DNA from: Paecilomyces variotii
Taxonomy: Eukaryota
Reading direction: 5' to 3' (one strand)
Length of the DNA: 64,000 bases
NCBI GenBank assembly: GCA_004022145.1
Contig: RCNU01000007.1
The notes below the pieces were generated by a model. That model saw only the letters and a list, made by a program, of their open reading frames with translations. It made no database searches and had not been told where the DNA came from. Shown piece by piece: positions 38,115 to 49,406 of this stretch; the stretch's first letter is position 1, and the number at the start of each line of letters is the position of its first letter. The position numbers and the translations under genes were made by a program.

Positions 38115-38694
38115 TATAGATTACGGACAATATTGGTTTTAAGAAGAAAAAGCAGCTTATTTTCTCGATTACTATAAATGTAGGGTTGAGTTTGGCTATC
38201 TTAAACTCCATAGCAAGGCAAGACAAGGTAATCAGAAAAATCCCCAATAGAGTATCTTCAATGACGCCAGGGGGACTCTTTAACATTGTCTCAGCTTTTG
38301 CGTTAGCTGGCAATGAGCAGGGATGATGGGTCTGAAGACAGCCTTTGAGTGCATTGCACATCCAGGTCTCCGCGATCATGAGCAAGTGAAGAGGAGAACA
38401 TGGATTGCATTACTGCAGTGCTATATCTGGAGCGAAGCTCGGTGAGATTGAACTCTCTAGCAACTAGCTCAGCCTATTTATCTCTGTGGGTGGAGGAAGG
38501 CCTGCATGTAAGCAGGCTCCGACACTATAAACTAGGCAACTGCCATCATAAAAGAAGGCGTAAGAATCTGATCAATGAGGGCCAAGGTTTGGAAGCTCTA
38601 TTTAAGACTGGCTTTTCCCGAGAGTGCCAGATTTTGCTAACAAGAGAATCTCAACTCCGTTGCATAAACTTGTCTGAGCAATAAACCCGGCAAA

Positions 38695-40131
38695 ATGGAC
38701 GCAAATATCTTGGCTGAAAGGTTGAGAAACACTCATTTGAGCATCAGACCTGGCGAGAAAGAGCAGTTACTATTTAAACCTCGAGCAGATGCCGAATTAA
38801 CCCGAGATGTCCTTTGCAATATTCCTAGATATCTCTTTCGCATAGTATCTCCCCTTTCCGGTGGAGAAACGGACGGAATATGGATGCGTTCAGAAGCAGC
38901 TAGTCGAAATATGAAGTCTTCTCGCGAAGACATTTTCTTCGGCTTGAATTTTGAGAAACGGGAAACTATAGCCCGTACAATCAACGTCCATCTCCGATGG
39001 CGGCTAACGGATGATTTCGAAGGCAATTTTGTGTCTTGGTCCAGCTCTTTACTCTATGTACTTCAATTCATCTACTACCGGCACTTGAACCGCAGAGACA
39101 GATCGAGTTTAGAAGAGATCAAGTTGTACGTCATCGATACAGAGGAATTTCCTCCGGGGACATTTATTCGGGATTTAGATCTGATTAACGCTTTCTACAA
39201 ATTCGACGATCATCATCCAAGAGATCTACGGGATTTCCGGAGCTTGCGAGAAAATACCGGGTATTATTTTGGGGAATATCTTTCTCAGGGATCACTGAAG
39301 ATTGAAGGTAAATACCAGATGATATCTGCAAAATCGCTCTTTGATGCGAATCGATTGTGCCGTTTACAACCTGAATTCGGAGATATATACAGCCTTCTGG
39401 CAGAAAAAAAAGAACCAAAATGGGCGAAGGAGGTTCGTCGTCTTCGCGGAATCGTCTGGTCAGCTGCCAAGTCTGTGCCATTGCCATCACAAGAAATGCT
39501 TGACCGCATGGAGGCCATCTCAGAAATCATAGAGAATTTCGACCCTGGTTGGAGATTTCCTATGGCTATCTATTTTGCAGCCCTGATCGGCCCAGAACCA
39601 GAAACGGAAGAGCAAGGATCAGCTCCTGATAACGTCTTCTATGCGTGCTTTCGATCCAAATTTGCCGGTTCGTCCTCCAGACTGTTTCATTAAAAGGTCT
39701 TTTTCTTTTGACCTTTGCTCAAGAAGATACCTACCTATCTGACCAAGATCACGAGTTATCTAGAAGAACAAAGGTATTACGGATCTCCAAAGTTCAGAGT
39801 CATCGCCCCAAACACAATGCCCGAATTAAAGCGAGTCAGCGAAATATGCAAGTACTTCCAGCTAAGAGAAGCACTGGGTTAGTGTATTCGCAGTGATCGA
39901 ATTCACGGGTCTTGTCTTGTTTGCTAACGCAAAAGAGCAGAGTTTGCCAAGAAGGCTGAAGCAAGTCTTCGCAGGTTGCGTATGAAAAATGGAAGCTTCC
40001 TTCAAGTTGCCGACTCGAACGAAACGTTGACTGGAGCTCGTCGGACGCTTTTATTGACACTTAACAAGACACAGAAGCTGTGTGAGCAAGTTTCTCAGGC
40101 CATCTCTCCCTCTAGTGCAAAGAAGACATAA
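38695..40131 (+). CDS. Uncharacterised protein with R-S-E ADP-ribosyltransferase-like signature, three exons
   Basis: YLFR...NFVSWSSSL...LYVIDT...FGEYLSQG. Introns 39668-39763 and ~39878-39940 extend the frame (FRVIAPNTMPELK..., EFAKKAEASLRRL...) to TAA 40129-40131. Confidence 0.7.
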
Positions 40132-40734
40132 CTTGGGAGGGAATTGTCCTTTTTAACACATAACTAGCAATAAGGAATGACTCATCTTACAAGAAAAGAA
40201 TATATATTCCGTGAGAAACTTAGGATGCTTAGTATTAGCTTCGAGTAGATTCGTGATATTTACTCAATGAGAGCTCAATAAGTAACTTAACTAACTATGA
40301 AATGTTGCTTAGTGACCGAATCGATTTACTGTTATATAGACCTTGAAAGGCGCAACGCAGGATAGAAGAGGAAATCGAGAGGCCATTCAATAAGCACATA
40401 TTCGCTACATGTATCCTACCCATGTATCAAGTACACTTGTCGAATAAGGAAAAAAGAGAAAAACCCATGTAATTCTCTAATAGAGGCAAGTTGCAGAAAA
40501 AGACGATATCATGACCAAACAATGGCCCATGGGCCGGTATCCTCTGTCCCAAACGCAAGCGAACGATGCAGAAAAAAAAATATGAAAGCAAATTCTGTAT
40601 ATACATAGGCCTCTTTTTGTCCAAGTAGTAAGAGGAGGCAAAAAGAGCCCTTATAGCATAAATGGATCTGACAGCCAGAACCAAACGCACGACCCCCCAA
40701 GACCAGATGCAATGCAAAGGAGAAAAGAGCACGT

Positions 40735-42170
40735 CTATATTCCCAACCACCATTTTCCGCGCTCGTAAACGAAGAAACTCGTTGCGCCCAATGGCACCAC
40801 TTTCATATATCCTATTGTCAACCCCACGAAGAAACCACGGATTCCCTTCTCTAGCAGGATCCGGCGTCCGGTCTCGACGATGCCCATGTGGTGGCCGTCT
40901 CCTACAGCACCAGCAACCTGCATTCGCCGTCGGATAACTTCCAATGGGTAGGATGACGTCTGCGAGACCACACCAGCAATAGCACCGGACAATAGCTCTG
41001 CGGAAGCAGTGAGCTGGGCACGACGTGTTCGCTGTTTGCCGCCTCGTGGAGAGGATGTTTCTGAATTCGGGATTGTTGTATAGGGAGCCAGAGCCGGCGA
41101 ACGCAACCAGTCTCCTACTGTGTCATGTGTGAGGAATGATACTCCTGCATAAGGCAGCATTCCGAGAAGGGTCGGGGCAAATCCGCGATAAAAGTTCGCG
41201 AGTCCTGAGCGAGGAGTACTTTTGGTGACAGCAGCAGAAACGGCCTGCGCAGTTGCCGTGACCGGAGCAGACTTTACTTCTGCAGTCGACGGAACAGCAG
41301 CACTGGGCCGCGACGCTTGTTCACCATATATCTGCCGGCAGATATCCCTTAACGACGATCGAGAATCTCGTTTGGTTTCAAAAGCCAGCCTGACACGAAT
41401 AACCTCCAATGGATACGTAAAAAACACAGACGTGATTCCAGCCAAACTGCCGGACATTAACCGCCGGAAAGGTGTCTCCTTATCCCGCGAAGGAATGAGT
41501 ACCGCTCTGACCTGTTCATAGGCAAGGAATTTGATAGCGGCATAGGGGAATATTCGCAGCAGAGTGGCCGAGTGACCCTTGAAGAGACCTCGTACACCTT
41601 CATTGCGCTTGATATCGCGCATTGCAGTCACTAGACCGAACCAACTACCTGCATATTTCGCAAACTGTGGATTCGAAGCCTGGAATAGAATCTTGACCCG
41701 GTCGAGCGGAGCCACCACGGTTTTGGCCTGGAGTATCGTAATCAGCACTATTCATCCTACGATACAATGTCCAACGTGATCCAGCATATAGATATAGTAA
41801 AATGAGGACTTTCAAAGTTCTCAGAGGGCCAACTTACCGCACAGCCCGCCATTCCCCCTGCAAGCCCGCTCCGCAGAATATAATCTAAACTGCGCTTATC
41901 CACCTGCTTGATGGCACCGCTGCCATCTTTCCTTGCAGCTCCGATGGCTTCATCATCTGTCGTCGCAGCTTTCATCGAAGCCACAGCCGTGGCTGCGCCC
42001 AGATTCGACTCGTGCGACGGACCGACCTGAACAGCCTTCTCCATCTTGCGGTAGTCCGAGGGCCGGTCTGGCCCTATAGAATCTGAGCTCGAGGTTGAGA
42101 GAGATGTAGGAGACGAACGGGAGACTGTGGACGAGGAATGAGGCGCATGGTCCGGGAAAGTGGTGGACAT
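40735..42170 (-). CDS. LEU5: Mitochondrial coenzyme A carrier Leu5
   Basis: Three carrier repeats (PLDRVK, PLEVIR, PLEVIR); LDYILRSGLAGGMAGCA|AKTVVAPLDRVKILFQ; GHSATLLRIFPYAAIKF. Intron 41728-41837. Start could be 42170 or a downstream ATG. Confidence 0.9.
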
Positions 42171-43215
42171 TCAGCGTAGAGGGAGGGTGGTATAGAACGG
42201 GATGTCGGTTGAGAAATTAAAAGATGTGTTGTCCTGGGGTGTTGGAGTATTATCGAACGGACGCTGCCATGGACGGCATGGAAGTCGATCGTGGATGTTC
42301 AAGATAGACTGAGAGCATCAACGCCAGTGTCCCACTGGGGATGTCCACGATAGAGAAGAGCGTCCCTGATCTCACGAGATTCTTTTCTCTGCCCGCTGAC
42401 GTCGGTCTAGGAAGGCGGAGAGCCTGCGCCGAGGACGCGGAACTCCGGTCTGATGCCGTGCCGTGGGCTGGAAACGTGCCGATACACGGGATCCCCGCAC
42501 AGATCGACGGTTATTACCGTCACATTACGGTTTTGCCCCTGGACCGCGGCTAATCACACCTCCGGCTTTAGTAATTATACCCGGAGATAATTGGTGGTTC
42601 GTTAGAGGTCCCGTGACTTACTGGATCCGGAGTCTCATACATCGTAGATGGTTGATATTATTAAGTGGTTTGGACATAACAGAGCAGAGTGCTGTACCAA
42701 TAACTTTTCTATATTTCGAAGCTATATAAGATAAGACGAGATTTGCAGCGTCTCCCGTGATCGGGAGTGCACCAGATCCCACTACACCAGACAAAACCAA
42801 GACACCAATCTTCAAACACGCCTTTTCCGCACCAATACTTCGCCCAAAATGCACAACACAATAAAGGCGCCACCTTGTAATGAAGCAAAAAGACAATTCA
42901 GGTGTACAGGTCCCCACTGACACCGGGTACTGGAAACCCCCGTTCGAAAATGAAAACCCCGCAATGCCCAACCCCGCGTGGTCTATGCACATGCGTCCGC
43001 TGTTGAAAAGTCTGTATCTATGTAAATTCTCAAAGCACTCGTGGGTCTCATGGCTCATGCATAAAAAAGAAAGAAATCCTCGCAGTACTCGCTGGATGAC
43101 GCTTGCCTCGTTGGTCTTGCGATAGGATCCGGCGACAGACGGAGCTGACGGAAAGCCGTGGAGGCGAAAAATACGAACATAGTAAGTATTAATAAGCCCA
43201 AGGGGCTGCTATGGC

Positions 43216-46200
43216 TTAGAAGTGATACCGCGAGCCCTGTCTGGTCAACGACTTTCCTTGACGGTTGGTTGCCTTCGTCTCCCGCGTGTCGTCGGCGGCT
43301 TTTCTTGCGCGCTTCGCAGGCCGTCCCGGGTCTACATGGAGATGCCCATTCTCAGAGAGAGCCGTCGTGTTTCTCCACTTGAGACACCGATGTTTGGGAT
43401 CTTCGATGTAGGTCTTGGTACGGGTTGCCATTCTCTTGGCTGGAAGTTCTTCCGACTGCGCCCTTTCCTCGGTCTCAGTGAGATATTCCTGGCGTTTCTT
43501 CATATATTTCACGATGTTGTCTCGTTGTAGAATGAGTTCCTTGCGAAGTTTCAGCTCTCGCACACCACGCGTATCGAGCCAGCTGATGAGCTGATCCATC
43601 GACTCTGGATCGTCGTAGAAACCCCAATGTCGCGCATCGGGAATACTCGTTGGACCTTCTTCGCTCTTCTTCCTTTCCGCTGGAGTCATCTGATGGTCCT
43701 TCACGTACTGCTTCTTCAGATCTTCTGAAACGTCGATAAAGCCCTCTCGCTCCATATCATCCGGTCCCTGCACCCATAACCGGCCATTGGTATAATGAGC
43801 CTCTGCAGTGGAGCTGTTGGGCAACCCCTCGTAAGGCATAGCATTGCGTTCGAACCACCAGTAACGGTTGCAGAAGCGATCCTTGCCAAGGCATCTTGTT
43901 CGAGGGCAGTCGGCCTCCCTCAAGTCATTATCCACAACCGCGATCTCCTGCTCGAGTTTGGCAATTTTGGCCTTCTCGTCTTCGATCTTCTTGAGCACTC
44001 GTTGGTACTGTTTCGATCCTTTAGGTTGCTTCGCCAGCTGTTCCTTTCTCTTCTGTTCTTCTTCCTGCTTTCGTTTTCGTTCAAGGATCCTGTCCATGCC
44101 CCCTCGTAGTGAGCGGCCTTCATGAGGCTCTTCATCTTCAGTATCCATGACTTGATCGGAATCATCGTCCACAGCAGTGACCTTTGGATCATTCAGTGCC
44201 TCCAGCTCAGGCACAGGGGACGGTGATTTCTCTGGTTCTGGTTGGAGTTCCTTCCGCTCCTCGTGCAACCGACGAAGTTCCTCGAGTCTAGATTATGTGA
44301 TGTTAGAGGGGACGTTAGAAAACAACGGGGAACAAACTTACGCTGCTTTGCGAGCTCTCTGATATTCGATCTTCTCCTTGCGGAACTCGGTCATTTGATT
44401 GCTGCACTCTTCCATATAGTTCTTGATGGCTTTTGTTTCCAAGGTCAACATGCAGATTATCTGCAGAGCCCGAATACGCAGGTTAACATCAAGAGTTGCA
44501 TACTGAGACTGTGCAGTCTCCTTGGTCGGCTCGGCATCAAGTGGCGCCAGATGTTTGAGAATCTCGTCGCATACCTCTTCCATGCGCGGACGAGCGGACA
44601 GCTGGTGCAAAAGACCGACCATGATGAGCTCCCAGCCCCCATTTCTAAAGTCCCTCTTGCGCAGACGATCAATCCAGCTATCTTCGACGAACATTTCTGC
44701 GGCCCGATGCGACTTCGCCTCGACGGAATTCTCGCGACTCGCGTTGTCTTGTTTCTTTAAGTTCTCAGCTTCCGCCTTGGCCAGACTGCTCCGCGTGGTC
44801 ATCCGAGTGAACACCGGCTCCGGCTCAGGGGTCGGTTCCTCTTCCTCTTCTTCTTCGTCCTCGTCCGACCCATCATTCGGAAGGTCTGGGAGCGATACCT
44901 GAATCGCACCATCGTCATCATCCTGCGCATTGACCAGCTTTTTGAGAACAGCACAGTGGGCTTCCACGAAGAGTTCACAATCGACATCGTCTGAGGAGAA
45001 CCGGATGGCTTGCACAAAATCATCAAAGGTGAAAGAATCCAGTTGAAAGACCTCACAGTATACGTTGAGCGTATTCCAGATTTCAAGCAAGAAACCGACT
45101 GATTCTGGCTTGATATCAGCCGGCAGCAAGTTGGGATCGTCTGTGATGGCAGCTTGTTCATCGGTCAAGAACTTGAGCGCAGGTCGATGCTTCCCGTTTC
45201 GAGCCGGAGGTATGTCGAGATCTTCGATTGGATATTTGATGGGAGGGGGAGGGGGAGGTTTAGGTGTCTCAGATTTGACAACGACAGCAATTTGTGCTTT
45301 CTTGTCCTTGTCCGCGTCCTGGGATTTCGGCTGCCGACCAGGCCCACCAGCAGATTGCTTTGGTAGGACGAAGGCGGGATTCCCGTTCAACGAGCGCTGG
45401 TACTCTAGATACTGCTCTTCTCTCGATTTTGCCAAGTCCTGCGGTGACGGCTTTACCTTCTGGCCTTTGACTGCTGGCTTCAATTCCGGTAGACGTTGTG
45501 AGGCGAAAAAGCCAAAGAAGCCCTCCTGGTCCCCTTTCTTCATAGCCTTCTTCTCAGCCACTCGAGTTCCGTACTGCAAGTGTTTTGGCACTTCGGTGGG
45601 GATCTTGTATTCTTCTGCAATGCTAGGCTTTACTAGCCATGGAGCTCCGCTCCAGGCCTCCCTCGTAACGTTATTTTTGATGAAAGCACGCAGCATCTGC
45701 TTTGTAAAAGCCTTCCGATCACGAGTCAGATGTTCTTGGTCGAGTAAGGCCTCTTCGTTGGGACGGTCCAGGATCTTCACCAGATACCTGGCGTATGCCG
45801 GGGCCTTCACCGTCCCATCGGGGTTTAGCTGTTCCGGGAAATTGGCCTTGTCTCGAATCATGCCGTGTAGACGGGAATTATCCGTGAGTAGAATGACAAC
45901 TTGCTCCCCGGGATAAAAGTCCTGCTTGAAATCCTGTCTCCCCAGTTAAGATTGATGACCAGCCCTGGTTTTCACTTGTATGAGCTCACCTCGTATACTT
46001 CGTCCACTAAAGCAAACCTGTTAGCTTGTATTGATATTACAAGCAATGCATTTGTCAGACTTACCCAGATTATCTATCCGTGACACGGTGGAGAACTGCA
46101 CCCTGCGGAGGATGGGCTCCTTGAGAGCATCGGGGAAGGCATTATTCAATTCTTTAGACTCATCCATCTACGAGTTGTCAGCCCCTTCAACCAGTAAGCG

Positions 46201-46562
46201 ATACAAAAACTGGAGAAAACATGCGTACCTCACTCTTCAATGCTTCGAAGAACGTCAGACCCGAATGCCCGGTTATCTCGCAGATGAACCGCCTCTGCTT
46301 GTAAAAATCCATCCTCTGAAGGTATGGCTCGTAACTCGTGAAGACCTCATTGGTCTCCGGTATGACCCAGACCTGCGTCATGCTTGTAAGCCATATTGTC
46401 CCGTAACGGTGGACCAGATAAGATGATCGGCCCGTACCTCGGAGTTGTCATCGTCTATTGTGGGCCTTGGGAGGTACTGGACGGGTTTCCGCTTGAACAA
46501 GACCTATTTCCGCCACATCAGTACATGCTCGTTCTGCCGTCGACCCAAGAATCTCGTACCAT
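43216..46562 (-). CDS. ITC1: ISWI/ISW2 chromatin remodelling subunit Itc1 (ACF1-like: WAC, DDT, WHIM domains), multi-exon
   Basis: M|VLFKRKPVQY, VWVIPETNEVF..YLQRMDFYKQRRFICEITG, KYPIEDL, DDT LLEIWNTLNVYCEVFQLDSFTFDDF, CLGKDRFCNRYWWF, WLDTRGVRELKL. Confidence 0.92.
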
Positions 46563-47558
46563 TATCCAACACAAGCGGCGTTACCACGCTAGTCAGTCAT
46601 AGATCGCCTAGGGATATGCGCGCGGACGATTTCAATTCTAATAGGGACATGGTTAGAATCTGAAGTAAGACGCGCGCAGAGGCCAGGTTCATGAAAAGAA
46701 AACACTGTGACGGCGCGTAGCAGATGTGATTTGTAGTTTGTAACTGCGATCCTAGATGCAGAGCTGGCAGCTCCTCTTCAAATTCTCCAACTTCCATCAG
46801 GAGCCAAGAGAACGGCATTTAGGCCGTGCGGAGTATATTTTCGCGCCATACGCCGAAGAGGAGCTATATTATCACTGATCCGACCATAAAAGCAAACAGA
46901 CGTACCGGAAGACGCGTCCTGCACCCGTTTCCTTTGCCCGCCTCTGAAAACTGGTGCGCGAAACAATAATTGCGGAGTCAATACGGAGAAGCGCGCTTGT
47001 CGATCGCCTCGTCGCAGAATCTCCGCAGGCTGGAGGTCGGGAGTTGGGTGGATTGCGTAGCGGAACAGACGCCGTCTTTGCGTTGAGAGGCGAATGACGA
47101 GAAGACGATCGAGAGGAAGAAAGAAAGAGTCGAGAGGAAGCGGTCGAAAGAATAGTCTAGGGCGGGCAGCGGCAGAGCCGGCCCAGGAGCATCTGGCGAG
47201 TGGTGGAGGAGGGACGGACCCCCGGCCCAGGGCGCCCGGTGATTGGTCCAGACGAGGAGAAGAGCAGCAGCACCGAAGAAGCTGGCCCAGCGAGAGCACG
47301 CGGACCGGCGGGACCTCTCAGTGACTTGCGGACACCGCGCCGCTACGGCCACAGCAGAGGTACCGCGTAGGTACCTCCCGGCCCATCAACACGCTCTTCC
47401 CCCTCCTCGCGGCCTGCTACCCCCCCAGCTGGCTTTGCCCAACTCTCCTAACCGCTCTCCCCCACCGTTCCCCAACGTTCTGCCATTCTTTCTGTTCCGC
47501 GCAAGCTGCTCTATCTCGTCAAATAAGAGAGATTTTTTGTTAATTTATCTCCAAGGTC

Positions 47559-48428
47559 ATGCCCGCTGGTAAACATATCACATCTCGATCTAGATCGCGA
47601 CGCGGTGCGGAGAAGGGGTAAGGAGACAACTATACCCCAACGCCTCCGCGACCGTTCTGCCCTGTCTACCACATACGACCCTTGAGTTGATTTCTATCGA
47701 CAAAAAGTCTTCTGAGTCGATAATGTCCATCCGCTATCCCATTCTCCCTTGTTATTTCAAAGCTAGCAGCTGATCTGATTCCTACGGGGATTTCGAAGTA
47801 GGTAGACACAGAAACAGCCGACCCCTTGTCTTGGCTATTGGGATCATTCAACGATGACCATGATATGTGAACCTCACCATGATTTAGACAGATCTATCGA
47901 TGGGTTTATTATACCCTTGCGCTTCCCATGCGATTCTATTGACAATCTGTGTTCTCATCAAGGCTATACAAATTCGCTGGCACTCGTGACCGTCTTAATG
48001 TCCTAGTCTCCGCACATTGATACCTGATCCTCCCACTGCAGCATCTTTTTTTTTTATCATTTTTATATGCCTATCATCAATCCGAGTTATGTACGTCTTG
48101 TCGTCTACTTCTGAGGTGCAGTTTTAGTATATGCGCTCTCAGGCAGCGCACTAACCTTCCGCTTGTTGACGGCAGCTTCCCCCCCCTTATCATTTCTTCC
48201 GTCATGCAGGATCGACTTTTTACGTTATTTTATTTCTTATCTTGTTTATTGGACAAGTATGCGCCGCTCACTGTTTCAAAGGCGTTCTACGTCTCCGACC
48301 TAGCTTTCACAGTGACTAGAAGCGGCTATGTCGACCACGTATCGATCTCAACCACTAACTTGGCAAGTTTTACGCCAGCACCCACAGATACACATACATA
48401 TAAAAGACGCAATGGCCAAAAATTATGA
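47559..48428 (+). CDS. Predicted four-exon 66-aa hydrophobic microprotein
   Basis: Exons 47559-47568, 48042-48090, 48176-48256 and 48368-48428. Introns GTAAAC..CTGAT..CAG, GTACGT..CTAAC..CAG and GTATGC..CTAAC..AAG splice into one open 201-nt frame. Confidence 0.65.
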
Positions 48429-49406
48429 GCATGTGATACCGCCGTATTGAACCTCGTCAAGAATGAAATGCAAAGCGTACATCCTCCACGTTAACCCCAA
48501 CATCATCCCAAAGCAAAAAAATATATCATAAAACAACTATGGTACTAGGTGGGTTCCCCAACTACGTCATATCACTTATCGATAACAAAAAGAACCAATC
48601 CTGCATATTACTGCATTGGCCATAATAATCAAAGGCAAATCCCTCTCCAGCCCTTTCGGCTGCTCGTAAGTTGTAAATACCCAACACCACCGCGCATACC
48701 ACCAAGAAATACTCTAAAAGCAACAACGACGGGAGTAGGTACCTATAATAGGTTAATACCATCTCCGTACTAGGCGGACCCATCGAAGGCGGTGCGGTGC
48801 GCGTTCCCACTTTTTCCTTTTGGATTTTAGCGCGGCTTCTAACCCACGTGCGGATAAGCGCCGTCTCGGCAGAAACGGTTTTTTTGTCGTCGCTCGCTGG
48901 CTCGGTGGGTCGGAACTACATACATAGCTAAAGTTGATACGGAGATGTACGAATCGATTAATTTATAGAAAAGTTCAGAGGACTATATGGTTCTATTGTA
49001 TATGATTTTCTATACTCTAGACGTTCTTTCGAGTTCTTTTTTTTAAGAGATAATTGAGTGTTATTTCAGTCAGTGATGATATGTATCAGAACTAACTATT
49101 CTAGAGCTTCTATACTTGTACTGTATGTACAAATTCGCAGCGTTCATCAGGACACCATCTACGTGCATATGTTTCATGGCAGAACAGGATGATATTTTCT
49201 AATATCATTCTACTCTCATATTGGATTTTGCCCTTCTCAGTTTTGAGTAACCCCAGCACTATCAGATGCAATTTTTCAAGTACAGCAGCTAACTCTAGCG
49301 CTCTATCAACCTGAATAATGAAATGAACTTGGTAAGGTTTAAAAAACGACAGGTATATAAATAGGAAAAGAAAAAGAGAAGAAAAGAAAAGAAACAGTGA
49401 AGAAGA

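Noticed and set aside
45065-45916. Long antisense ORFs (e.g. 45065-45916 +, 23481-24323 -, 59150-59929 +, 32712-33305 -)
   Set aside because: They are shadows of real genes on the opposite strand, with no recognisable motifs.
47569-48041. TPP riboswitch in the long intron
   Set aside because: The conserved CTGAGA and GATAAT..CC..G(A)AAGG elements are not present in the required arrangement.
47300-49300. Telomerase RNA or snRNA in the ITC1-ALG8 gap (Sm-like AATTTTTGG on the minus strand at 48416-48424)
   Set aside because: No CTAACCCT-type template and no U1/U2/U4/U5 signature were seen. The motif falls in the last exon of the plus-strand microprotein model.
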